Part shown: positions 28,127 to 37,735 of the stretch, one piece after another
How the letters are laid out: each line of letters starts with the position of its first letter
How positions within the stretch are numbered: the stretch's first letter is position 1
NCBI GenBank assembly: GCA_963806855.1
Contig: CAWDYW010000003.1
Location: 1 to 64,000, forward strand
DNA length: 64,000 nt
DNA from: an uncultured Verrucomicrobiae bacterium
GTDB taxonomy: Bacteria; Chlamydiota; Chlamydiia; Chlamydiales; Rhabdochlamydiaceae
Direction of reading: 5' to 3'
The notes under the pieces: generated by a model
Seen by the model: only the letters and a program-made list of their open reading frames with translations
Databases searched by the model: none
Told to the model about the DNA's origin: nothing
Program-made: the position numbers and the translations under genes

Positions 28127-29251
28127 TTAGTATATATCTAATAAGAATTTCCCAGCCTTTTTGAGCTCCTTGAGGGTTGTTTTCGCCTCCTGCTCGCTTT
28201 TTTGGCCATGAATGCAGAGGATCTGCTGGAGGGTTTTTTCTACATCTTTTGCCATTTCTTGGGCGTCGCCGCACAGGTAGAGATGGGCCCCGTTTTGAAG
28301 CCACTCATAGAGCTCTGCTCCATTTTCTAACATTAGATGTTGCACATAGACTTTCTCCTCTTGATCGCGGGAGAAGGCGGTGTCGATTTTGAGGTTCTTA
28401 TGTCTTTGCCATTCAGTCTCATAGAAATAATCGCTGGCACGGTTCCGTTCGCCAAAAAAGAGCCAGTGGTTCCCTTTCGCCCCATGGTGCTGCCGTTCCT
28501 GCATAAAGGCGCGGAAGGGGGCAATACCGGTGCCGGGACCGACCATGATGATATCGGCGCTATGGTCTTCAGGGAGACGGAAATGGTGAGCAGGCTGGAC
28601 GAAAAGGGGGATGGGGGTTTCGCCTTGCTGCGCGAGATTGCAGAGGAAATGGCTGGCAACGCCGTAACGTTTCTCATCCCCTTGCATCCAGGTGAAGAGG
28701 GCTACAGTCAGGTCGAGGGTATCTTGCTTTGCCCGCTTAGAAGAGGCGACTGAATAGAAACGGGGAAGGAGGGGGCCAAATTGGTCGCAGAGCTCCTGGA
28801 TCGGCAATTTGCTATTAGAGTATTCTCGGAGCAGCCCTAATGGGTCCATCTCAGCCAAAAAGGCTCGCAATTGCTCTTTATTCTCTGGTTGGAGCAACGA
28901 AAAGACCTTGGAGTTTGCTTCATGCTCATGGATCAATCTTAAAAATGAGGAGCCGATCCGGGCGAGGTTGGCATGATGGGTCAAAAATTGGATGAGTGTC
29001 AGTTGCTCGCCGCTCCGCTTATGGGTGATCAAGGCTTTGGGGTCGGCCTGCATCGCCTCCATAAGGTGCTCAACCAGAGTAGGATCATTCTGAGCATAGA
29101 TCCCTACAGAATCACCAGGGTGATACTCGAGGGGAAGGCCAGCGATATCCAATGAGATATGCCAGGTCTGCTTCGTCGACCCGGCTTTCGTCAGAGGGTA
29201 GCGCTCCTTAATCCGCGCATGTATAGGGGTATTGCGATCAATATTTGCCAT
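28127..29251 (-). CDS. cysJ: CysJ-like FAD/NADPH oxidoreductase lacking the flavodoxin domain
   Basis: PRFYSVASS, GVASHFL, MVGPGTGIAPFR, FSRDQ..KVYVQ, CGDA, C-terminal DIY. Confidence 0.85.
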   Translation of the reverse strand: MANIDRNTPIHARIKERYPLTKAGSTKQTWHISLDIAGLPLEYHPGDSVGIYAQNDPTLVEHLMEAMQADPKALITHKRSGEQLTLIQFLTHHANLARIGSSFLRLIHEHEANSKVFSLLQPENKEQLRAFLAEMDPLGLLREYSNSKLPIQELCDQFGPLLPRFYSVASSKRAKQDTLDLTVALFTWMQGDEKRYGVASHFLCNLAQQGETPIPLFVQPAHHFRLPEDHSADIIMVGPGTGIAPFRAFMQERQHHGAKGNHWLFFGERNRASDYFYETEWQRHKNLKIDTAFSRDQEEKVYVQHLMLENGAELYEWLQNGAHLYLCGDAQEMAKDVEKTLQQILCIHGQKSEQEAKTTLKELKKAGKFLLDIY

Positions 29252-29362
29252 AATGTATATATGTAATTATGAAGTGGCTGTTATTACTTTTATCTTTTTT
29301 GCTCTATAGCTGTGGCGATTATGGATCCCACTCCCACTATATCATTTCACAAGAGCAGCCTG

Positions 29363-30874
29363 TTAAAGATGAGCCACCGGCTCAGTAGAGCAATCGCCAG
29401 CTTTCCAACCTTTAACGAGTTGGGACATCTTTTTATTCGAGATCCCTCCCAGGAACTCAATGGCCTGAAGGAGTCTTGCGCGTGTTCGATCTTTGCCTAG
29501 GATGCCGACTGAATCGAAGAGAGGAGGGCCTTGTTGCTTTCCAGTAATCGCTGTATAGAGGATGGGGATGATCACTTTTTTGTGATTGACTTTGAACACT
29601 TCGGCCACTTTGCGTGATGCGGCGTCAATCCCTTCTTTTCCCCAGTTCTCTTGTTCTTCCATCGACCAGATGATCGTTTGGAGCATGGCGGCAGTAGTTT
29701 CCGGCGCGGTCCCTTTTGGGCACAGGTTTTCTTGCGTGAGGGGAATGTGGTTGATGAAGAAGAATGAGCAGAGTTCGATAAATTCGGCGAACGTTTTAAT
29801 CCGGGTATGGCAGAGGTTCATCAATTTTTCCATGAATTCATCGCGGAAGCCCCACTCTTTAATCCGGTGCCAAAGCTGATCTTCTGGGATATTTTTGATG
29901 ATGTATTGCTGGTTGATCCAGTCGAGCTTCTGCATGTCGAAAATCGCCCCAGAAACGCCGATCCGTTTGGGGTCAAAGGCTTTGATGAATTCGTCGACAC
30001 TGTAAATCTCTTGGTCATTAGGCATGCTGTAGCCCATCAGAGAGAGGAAGTTAAGAAGCGCTTCAGGCAGATAACCGCAGTCGCGGAAATAGAAGATCGA
30101 CGTGGGGTTTTTCCTCTTCGAGAGCTTCTTGCCATCTTTGCCGAGCAGCAGGGGCATGTGCATGAATATAGGAGCTGTCCAGCCAAATGCTTCGTAGAGC
30201 ATCACGTGTTTCGGAGTGGAGCTCATCCATTCATCTCCGCGGATGACGTGGGTGATTTCCATTAAGTGGTCATCGACTACGTTGGCCAGGTGGTAAGTGG
30301 GAAATTTGTCCGATTTGAGCAGGATCTGATCGTCAACATCGGCCCAGGGGACAGTGATGCGCCCTTTAATCCCATCTTCATAGACGCATTCGCCGGTGAG
30401 AGGGACCTTAAGGCGGATAGTATAGGACTGGCCTGCATCTTCCCGCTCTTTCACTTCGGCAGGGCTCAAGTTGCGGTAGCGCCGATCATAGCCGATTTTA
30501 GCGCCCGTTTTTTGCGCGATTTCCCGCATTTCTTCGAGCTCTTCGGGGGTGGCGAAGCATTTATAGGCTTTGCCTGTGTCGAGCAGAATTTGGCAGTATT
30601 TTCGATAGATCTCGGTCCGCTCCGATTGACGATAGGGGCCGCATGGACCACCTTTATCGGGACCTTCATCCCAGTCGATTCCGCACCAATGGAGGGTGTC
30701 GATGATGCTCTGTTCATATTCGGGGCGAGAGCGGGTCTGGTCGGTGTCTTCGATCCGGAGGAGGAATTGTCCTCCAAAATGGCGGGTAAAAACCAGGTTG
30801 AAGAGGGCCATGTAGGCGGTTCCAACGTGGGGGTCCCCAGTAGGGGAAGGAGCGATGCGTGTTCTGACTGTCAT
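29363..30874 (-). CDS. gltX: Glutamate--tRNA ligase
   Basis: [24 protein letters not shown]. Confidence 0.98.
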   Translation of the reverse strand: MTVRTRIAPSPTGDPHVGTAYMALFNLVFTRHFGGQFLLRIEDTDQTRSRPEYEQSIIDTLHWCGIDWDEGPDKGGPCGPYRQSERTEIYRKYCQILLDTGKAYKCFATPEELEEMREIAQKTGAKIGYDRRYRNLSPAEVKEREDAGQSYTIRLKVPLTGECVYEDGIKGRITVPWADVDDQILLKSDKFPTYHLANVVDDHLMEITHVIRGDEWMSSTPKHVMLYEAFGWTAPIFMHMPLLLGKDGKKLSKRKNPTSIFYFRDCGYLPEALLNFLSLMGYSMPNDQEIYSVDEFIKAFDPKRIGVSGAIFDMQKLDWINQQYIIKNIPEDQLWHRIKEWGFRDEFMEKLMNLCHTRIKTFAEFIELCSFFFINHIPLTQENLCPKGTAPETTAAMLQTIIWSMEEQENWGKEGIDAASRKVAEVFKVNHKKVIIPILYTAITGKQQGPPLFDSVGILGKDRTRARLLQAIEFLGGISNKKMSQLVKGWKAGDCSTEPVAHL

Positions 30875-31075
30875 AGGTCTATGAGTATACCTATGCCGCT
30901 ACTTAACTTCCACCTAGAAACGGCAGTTGGAGACGGCAAATTGACGCAATCTTTTGAGCCTGAATCGATTCCGATAGGGGGCGCCTTCACCTTTGGGGAA
31001 TGTTCCCCCCTGTCGGAACCGATTCAGACTCAAAATCTTGCATCACTTTGCCATCTCGAACTGCCGTTTCTAGGT

Positions 31076-33037
31076 TCAAGCCGCAGAAGGGGTTTGGATT
31101 GGCGCAGCTTGCCCCTCTTGCATGAGTAAAATTAAATCTTTAAGGATATTGGAGGCCTCGGTGAGCTGAAGGTCTGATAGGCCGAAATTCTCCACTTTTT
31201 CTGAGGACAAATCCTTTTTCGAGATCTCTTTGATGAAGTTCTGGTAGTTCTTATTCTGCTCAATTCTCAAGGATGAGTTCTTTTTTAAGATATCGAGATA
31301 AGAAGTGTAGGTGCCTAGGATCGGTTGCAGGTTAAACTTGTAGAGCCTAACGATTTCAGTTCGATGCGAGGTGGGGACGTCAGCCAAGGTGTCTTCAAAA
31401 TTAGATGGAATTTGTTCACTTTCAAGGGGATATTTCGAATATTTCTCGCCGATTTCAAGCTCTGAGAAAGCGCCGGGGACGACTATGTCAGGATGGACGC
31501 CGACAAGCTGCGGGCTTTTGCCAGAGACGGTATAGTAGCGGCCACGTGTGACTTTGTATTCCCCTTTGGGATTGACTTTTCCATAATTTGCCGATTCTAG
31601 GGTAAAGGTTTGGAAGGTCCCCTTTCCATAGGTGGTTTCGTCCCCTACGACGATTGCACGGCCGTAATCTTGAAGGGTTTGGGCGACGATTTCGGCGGCA
31701 GATGCGCTGGTCTTATTGGTCAGGACCAGTAGGGGCCCATCCCAGGCCATTTTATCTTCGATATTGCGCAGGTGCTGCACCTGCCCAGTGTTGTCCTTAA
31801 CCGAGACAACGATCCCTTTCTTAATGAACAATCCGGTGACCAAAACGGCCTGGGGAAGGAGCCCGCCGGCATTGTTACGCAGGTCGAGAATGATCCCTTT
31901 GAGGTTGTGATTCTGTTTCAGTTCGGCGATCGCCTCGCGCAGGTCGGTGGCCGAGGAGGTGGTCGAGTCTTGGTAGAAAGAGTAGAGGTGGAGGATGCCG
32001 ATTACCCCATCGCCAAAGGGTTCATAGCTTTTTTCTAACCTTGTTTCTGTGAGGACCACTTCGCCCCGGATGATTTTGATGTCGAGTCTTTCTTCCCGTT
32101 TGGCCTCATCTTCCCCATATTCGCGGAGAACGGTCAGGGTGACAGGGGTCCCTTTGGGGCCTCGGATCAGTTCAACAGCTTCGATGATATCCATCCCGAC
32201 GACGGGCTCATTGTTGACAGCGATGATCTTATCGTTTACTCGCATCGCATTGCCATCTTTTGCTGGCCCCCCTTCGAGAAGCCGGACGATAGTAAAGCCA
32301 TTGAGATCATCCCGTAGCTGGGCCCCAATTCCAAAGAGCCGTTGCTGGACTTGGATCATGAATTGGTTGGCTTCTGCTGGGGTAAAGTAAGCTGTCTGGG
32401 AGTCGAGTGCGCAGCTGACCGATTTTAGGACGAATGCCAGAGCCAGTTTTTGCCTTGTTTTCTGTGATTCGGTAATCAGCTCCTCTTCGTGCTTGAGCCG
32501 TCGTTTTTCAAGGCGGAGCATGAATTGGCTTTTGATCTCCTGATCGAATTTTTCAGCGGCATCGATTTGGAGAGCGCGAATGGAGAGGATCCGGTTTGTC
32601 AGCGCCTCTTCGCTTTCAGCCCACTCAAGATCCTTAAAATCAGAGGCTTTGACATCTTTTGGCAGAGAGGCGCCCGCGATACGCTTTTCAATTGCATTGC
32701 GCCGCTCAATTGCGGGGAGGATTGCCTCATGGATCGCCTCAAAATTGGAGAAATTCTCCTTCTTCATATTGGCCAAAGTTTCTAAAAGGAGAGCTTGGCT
32801 TGGACTCGTCCAAGCTTGTACCTCTTCTTTTAAAAAATATGTTTTACCCGGATCGATTTCTTCCAGATAATTGATGAAGGCCCTGGCGATTAATTCGGAG
32901 GTCAACTCATGATGACTAACGTGAGCTTTCAGAATCTCCTCGATTTTGACACGGGTATCCTTGGGGCTGAGTTGTGGGGGTTTAGAAGCCGCCGTCAAAA
33001 AAAGTAATAGGGCTAAGGCTATGATACGTAGGAACAT
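31076..33037 (-). CDS. tsp: Tail-specific protease (S41 with PDZ domain)
   Basis: Signal peptide, GIGAQL PDZ motif, DLRNNAGG, SASAAEI, TYGKG. Confidence 0.93.
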   Translation of the reverse strand: MFLRIIALALLLFLTAASKPPQLSPKDTRVKIEEILKAHVSHHELTSELIARAFINYLEEIDPGKTYFLKEEVQAWTSPSQALLLETLANMKKENFSNFEAIHEAILPAIERRNAIEKRIAGASLPKDVKASDFKDLEWAESEEALTNRILSIRALQIDAAEKFDQEIKSQFMLRLEKRRLKHEEELITESQKTRQKLALAFVLKSVSCALDSQTAYFTPAEANQFMIQVQQRLFGIGAQLRDDLNGFTIVRLLEGGPAKDGNAMRVNDKIIAVNNEPVVGMDIIEAVELIRGPKGTPVTLTVLREYGEDEAKREERLDIKIIRGEVVLTETRLEKSYEPFGDGVIGILHLYSFYQDSTTSSATDLREAIAELKQNHNLKGIILDLRNNAGGLLPQAVLVTGLFIKKGIVVSVKDNTGQVQHLRNIEDKMAWDGPLLVLTNKTSASAAEIVAQTLQDYGRAIVVGDETTYGKGTFQTFTLESANYGKVNPKGEYKVTRGRYYTVSGKSPQLVGVHPDIVVPGAFSELEIGEKYSKYPLESEQIPSNFEDTLADVPTSHRTEIVRLYKFNLQPILGTYTSYLDILKKNSSLRIEQNKNYQNFIKEISKKDLSSEKVENFGLSDLQLTEASNILKDLILLMQEGQAAPIQTPSAA

Positions 33038-33495
33038 AGAACCACCATAATGTTGATTTGATTGGAGCATAATCTATAATGGGGTTTGTGACTATGAAAA
33101 AAAATCATTAGTCGAAAATTTTTTTCTCCGCTTTTCAAAACCTACATGTTTTTGTAACATGCTTATAATCAGGTTGATAAGCGCGCCCAGTATAATATTT
33201 TTTTCGTCAATTTGATTCTAAGTTATAGGATGTTAAGATGTTAAAATAAGTGCTTGCTTTCAATTCAATTTTATGCGAAAATAATATTCTACTTAAGGGA
33301 CTAACGTCCAATTTAGACTGCCTCGATTTTCGGGGTTATTTTGGCCCGTTTTTCGATTCCAATTCCTCGAATTAGAATCGTAAGTCGGCTCAAAAACCCG
33401 AAGGTCGAGGATAGTCCAAGTGGAAAATGGATAATAATTAAAAAATAAAGGCTGTTTGAACAGTTCTCAACAGCAAAATTTGGAGGATAAATAAA

Positions 33496-33942
33496 ATGGA
33501 TCAAGGACAAATTGTGGCAGAAACATCTGCTCGTTCACAAGGCACAAGGCTAGTTTCAATTACAGAAGCTGCAAAGATTAATAATGTTACAAGACAAGCG
33601 ATCTATGTAGCGATTAAGCAAAATAAACTTAAAGCAACGAAGCATACCACTCGTTGGACCATCGATCTAGAAGATCTGGAGCAGTATCGTCGTCAGAAAT
33701 ATTCCAGAACAAAATCAATGTATGAAGGTGAGCTGCTGTTTGACAATCGCAAAGGGTTTTATTCGATTAATCAAGTGGCAAAAATGCTCGGCGTACCAGC
33801 TCAAAAAATCTACTACGCTACACGAGTTGGTCTTCTGAAAGCCTCACGTAAAGGTGCTGCTTGGGTTGTTCATGCTGATGATGTAAGAACTTACAAAGAA
33901 AACTATCTCAATAAACAAGCTGAAGCCTCTCAAGTTATCTAA
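33496..33942 (+). CDS. euo: Chlamydial developmental repressor EUO
   Basis: VSITEAAKINNVTRQAIYVAIKQ and YSINQVAKMLG..QKIYYATR tandem HTH; gltX/recJ neighbourhood. Confidence 0.95.
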   Translation: MDQGQIVAETSARSQGTRLVSITEAAKINNVTRQAIYVAIKQNKLKATKHTTRWTIDLEDLEQYRRQKYSRTKSMYEGELLFDNRKGFYSINQVAKMLGVPAQKIYYATRVGLLKASRKGAAWVVHADDVRTYKENYLNKQAEASQVI

Positions 33943-33965
33943 GAGGTTTTTTTTCGCATCTGTTT

Positions 33966-34010
33966 AAAACCGGGCTTGAGCTTTTTCCCCCTCAAGCCCG
34001 GTTTTTTTTT
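33966..34010 (+). terminator. Intrinsic terminator after euo
   Basis: ccgggcttgag-10nt-ctcaagcccgg followed by a T9 run. Confidence 0.9.
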
Positions 34011-34044
34011 GAAATCAAAGACCAAGCTCAGTATATTTTGAGAT

Positions 34045-35712
34045 ATGAAGTGGGAACTGGATTCAATCTATACAGATAAGACATTTGCATCTGATCTGCA
34101 AAAAGCTAAATCATTGCTAAAACCTCATCAGGATATTAGGACGACCATTCTGCAGGCCCAAGAAGCGGGCATGATTCTTAAGGAACTGGATTCTTTTACT
34201 TCTTGTTTGATCGCACAAAATCCGGCCGACCAAAAGGCTCATGCAAAAAGTGGTGAAGTGACTCAATTGGATGCTGATTACCAGAGCGCTCTGTTTGCGC
34301 TCGGGCATCGCTTAGTTGAGATGGATAAGGGGGCATTTGAGGCTCTGCTCACAGAACTTAAGGAGATCGCCTTTTATATCACCGAGCTGCGCGATTTGGC
34401 GAAAAAGAAAGGGCCGCAGCGACAAGAAGAGATGATCAATTCTCTCTCTGCCGATGGGTATCATAGTCTGTGGGCGCTCTACCAAACCTTTACTGGCAAG
34501 ATCAAAATCGGCGGCCTTTCGGTTGGGCAAGCGCAAAATTTGATGGGCGAGGGCGATCGGAGTGTGCGGCTAAAGGCTTTCAAAGATTGGACCGAAGCTT
34601 GGAAAGAACAAGCCGATTTTCTCGCGCAGCTGCTCAACGCTCTCGCAGGATTTCGCCTTAAGGTCTATGCGACTCGCAATTGGGATGATGTGCTCCTTGA
34701 GCCTCTAATGATGAACCGAATGGAGCCTGCAACGTTTGATGCGATGTGGAAGGCGATCGTCGACGCAAAGCCGGCTTTTGTCCGCTATATGAAGCATAAA
34801 GCTAAGAAGCTGGGGCTAGAAAAACTCTCGTGGGTCGATGTCGAAGCTCCTCTTGCTCCTGTTGAAAATATCTCCTATGAGCAAGGGTGCAAAATCATCC
34901 TTGAGCAATTTGAAAAATTTCACCCGAGGATGGCCCAGTTTGCCAAGATGGCCCTTGATAAACAGTGGGTTGAAGCTGAAGATCGAACTGGAAAAGCGGC
35001 CGGGGGATTTTGTGTCGGCTTTCCAAAATCAAAGCAAAGTCGCATTTTCATGACCTATAAAGGGTCGCCTACCAATGTGGCTACTCTCGCTCACGAGCTG
35101 GGACATGCCTATCATAATTTATGCATTGAGCATTTGCCTTTCTTCCACCAACAGATTCAAATGAATGTCGCTGAGACTGCGTCGACCTTTGCAGAGATGG
35201 TGGTCATCGACCAGACGATTGCAGCTGCGAAAACGGCTCAAGAAAGGGAGCAGCTGCTCGACGATAAGTTGCAGCGGAGCATCGCCTATTTCATGAATTT
35301 GCATGCCCGCCTGATCTTCGAAAGGGCCTTCTATTCTGAAAGGAAGAAGGGGTATGTCTCAGCAGAAAGATTATGCGAGCTCACGGAGGCGGCGCAAAGA
35401 GAGGCATATTGCGATGAACTCTCCGATTGGGATCCCTATTTTTGGGCGTGGAAGCTCCACTTCTTTTTCACCTCTTATCCATTCTATAATTTCCCCTATA
35501 CCTTTGGATACCTCATGAGCAATGGCCTTTATGCCATGGCCAAGAAGGACCCCAAATTTGGCGAGAAATTCGATGCTTTCTTAACTGATACCGCGCAGAT
35601 GCCGGTTGAAGAATTGGCGAGAAAACATTTGAATGTCGACTTGACTAAGCCCGATTTTTGGAAAAATTCGTTAGATATTCTAGTTAAGGATGTTACGGCC
35701 TTTATGTCCTGA
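34045..35712 (+). CDS. pepF: M3 family oligoendopeptidase F
   Basis: HELGHAYH, AETASTFAE, FYNFPYTFG. Confidence 0.9.
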   Translation: MKWELDSIYTDKTFASDLQKAKSLLKPHQDIRTTILQAQEAGMILKELDSFTSCLIAQNPADQKAHAKSGEVTQLDADYQSALFALGHRLVEMDKGAFEALLTELKEIAFYITELRDLAKKKGPQRQEEMINSLSADGYHSLWALYQTFTGKIKIGGLSVGQAQNLMGEGDRSVRLKAFKDWTEAWKEQADFLAQLLNALAGFRLKVYATRNWDDVLLEPLMMNRMEPATFDAMWKAIVDAKPAFVRYMKHKAKKLGLEKLSWVDVEAPLAPVENISYEQGCKIILEQFEKFHPRMAQFAKMALDKQWVEAEDRTGKAAGGFCVGFPKSKQSRIFMTYKGSPTNVATLAHELGHAYHNLCIEHLPFFHQQIQMNVAETASTFAEMVVIDQTIAAAKTAQEREQLLDDKLQRSIAYFMNLHARLIFERAFYSERKKGYVSAERLCELTEAAQREAYCDELSDWDPYFWAWKLHFFFTSYPFYNFPYTFGYLMSNGLYAMAKKDPKFGEKFDAFLTDTAQMPVEELARKHLNVDLTKPDFWKNSLDILVKDVTAFMS

Positions 35713-35773
35713 CTTTTTTGCAAGCAATTGCAGAAAAGTCAAGACTTTTTCGCAATGGCGTGCAAAAAAGTCA
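35710..35773. terminator. 64-bp nested palindrome between convergent pepF and recJ (probable bidirectional terminator)
   Basis: tgacttttttgca...tgcaaaaaagtca with inner aaaagtc-aa-gactttt; the two stop codons form the palindrome ends. Confidence 0.65.
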
Positions 35774-37516
35774 ATCTTCTAAGACCTTGAAGTCGCGCAC
35801 TTGCAACTGGATGCTCGCCTTGTTCAAGAAGGTGTTGATCTGGGGAGTGAAGGCAACGCGCAACAATAAATCTTTTCTCAATAATTGAGGGCGCCGCTTG
35901 GCCATGTTGAAGCCTATTCCTTCGAGCATCCGCTCTTTTTGCTCTAGATAAAACTTGAGGTGGGTTTTGCCGACAATTTTAGGCGGCCAGGCTTGGCGCG
36001 CATCGGCGTAGAAAACCGGTGGGGGATTTTCGTTTCCGAAGGGCTCGAGGAGATTGAGCGACTCCATGAAATCGAAGGTGAGTTCGCTGAAGTCGATTTT
36101 GGCGTCGAGTTGCAGTTTCGACTGGATATCTTGCTCGCGTAGCTTTTGATCGGCAGCGGCGATGAACTGCTTCTTGAAGGCTTCGATATTTTCATGTTTG
36201 ATGGTCAGGCCTGCTGCGTAATCGTGCCCGCCGAAGTTCTCGAGCAGATGGGCATTTTCTCGCAGGATCGGGAGAATCGGGAATTCAGGAATGGTCCGGA
36301 TCGAGCCTTTACCAAGCCCTTTGTCGATCGCGATGATGACCGTGGGGCGATTGTATTGTTTGGCGATTCGGGCGGTGATAATGGGGATAATGCCAGGGTG
36401 CCATTTATCGGAGTAAAGGAGGATCGCTCGGTGTTTAAAAATTTGGGGGTGTTTGATGATATATTGCTCGACATCTTCCGAATCTTTTCTTTCGATCCGT
36501 TGCCGTTCGATATTGTTCAAATCGAGCTCGTTCGCGAGGATTCCAGCATCGATTGGATCTTGGATGAGAAGGAGTTCTACCCCTTTATTAGGATCGGCGA
36601 TGCGGCCTAAGCTGTTGAGTCGCGGCGCCACTTTTGAGGCGATGATCGGCGGGGAGATTTCAGAAGGATTCACTTCACAGACGCCTAAAAGTTTGGTGAG
36701 CCCTATCCTCTTTCCAAGATGCATTTGTCTGAGGCCATAGCGGACGAGAATCCGATTTTCGCCCAGGAGCGATCCCATGTCGGCGACTGTGCCCAATGCG
36801 ACAAGGTCTAAGTAGCGCTTCAGATCGATTTTGCTCGGGCTCATTTCACCGCTAGTGATGAGGGTGTTGGTGATTCCATGGGCAAGTTTAAAGGCAACGC
36901 CTACGCCGGTCAAATCGCGATTGGGATAGGTGCTCCCTTTGAGTTTCGGATTGAGGGTGGCGATGCAGTGGGGGAGCTGATCTGTCGGCTCATGGTGGTC
37001 GGTCACAATGACATCGACCCCTTTATTGACAGCTTGCTCGATCTCTTCAGCAGCGGTAATGCCGCAATCGACGGTGATGAGGAGTGTACAATGATTTTTT
37101 TGCGCATACTCGAGCGCATCGATCATGAGGGATTGGTTTAGGGAGGTGCGGTTGGGAATGTAGGCGAGGGCCTTGCAGCCAACGTAATTGAGAAATTCGG
37201 TCAGAAGGGTTGCGCCGGTGATCCCATCGACATCGTTATCGCCATAGATAAGGACTGATTCCCCAGTTTTTCGGGCGGCCAGGACCCTATCGACCGCTTT
37301 GCCCATATCAGGTAATAGATTGGGGTCAATCAAATTAGGGAGCTTGGCATAGAGGTATCCGTGGATTTGGTCAAAATTGGTAAATCCGCGTGACACAAGA
37401 ACCTGTGCAGTGACAGGGTGGATGTTGAGCTCATTGATAATCGAGTAGTTCCAAGCGGAATCTACCGGTGGATATATCCATAGGGACTCTTCTTCCTGTG
37501 GTTGCAATGATTGCAT
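35771..37516 (-). CDS. recJ: Single-stranded-DNA exonuclease RecJ
   Basis: GDNDVDG, TVDCG, TDHH, GTVAD, PRLNS, GGH. Confidence 0.96.
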   Translation of the reverse strand: MQSLQPQEEESLWIYPPVDSAWNYSIINELNIHPVTAQVLVSRGFTNFDQIHGYLYAKLPNLIDPNLLPDMGKAVDRVLAARKTGESVLIYGDNDVDGITGATLLTEFLNYVGCKALAYIPNRTSLNQSLMIDALEYAQKNHCTLLITVDCGITAAEEIEQAVNKGVDVIVTDHHEPTDQLPHCIATLNPKLKGSTYPNRDLTGVGVAFKLAHGITNTLITSGEMSPSKIDLKRYLDLVALGTVADMGSLLGENRILVRYGLRQMHLGKRIGLTKLLGVCEVNPSEISPPIIASKVAPRLNSLGRIADPNKGVELLLIQDPIDAGILANELDLNNIERQRIERKDSEDVEQYIIKHPQIFKHRAILLYSDKWHPGIIPIITARIAKQYNRPTVIIAIDKGLGKGSIRTIPEFPILPILRENAHLLENFGGHDYAAGLTIKHENIEAFKKQFIAAADQKLREQDIQSKLQLDAKIDFSELTFDFMESLNLLEPFGNENPPPVFYADARQAWPPKIVGKTHLKFYLEQKERMLEGIGFNMAKRRPQLLRKDLLLRVAFTPQINTFLNKASIQLQVRDFKVLED

Positions 37517-37665
37517 GTTACGTAATACCCCGAGGAAATCCGATCGCGCGGACGTAAGGTGAAGCTAACGAATTTAAAAAATTCTGTAAGCAATGGGATT
37601 TCCTCTTTTTTAGTTAATAATAGCTTTTTTGTACCACTATTCGCAATTTAAAGCAAATTTGAGAA

Positions 37666-37690
37666 TGGGGCCATTCGCAAAATGGCCCCA
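37666..37690 (-). terminator. Hairpin downstream of secDF
   Basis: tggggccatt-cgcaa-aatggcccca, 10-bp stem, weak U tract. Confidence 0.5.
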
Positions 37691-37696
37691 GGAATT

Positions 37697-37730
37697 TATA
37701 CCCGTTCCGTTTCAAAGACACCCTAAAGGA
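37697..37730. repeat. Solo terminal arm of family B palindromic element
   Basis: tatacccgttccgtttcaaagacaccctaaagga matches the ends of 48285-48450. Confidence 0.85.
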
Positions 37731-37735
37731 TCGGT

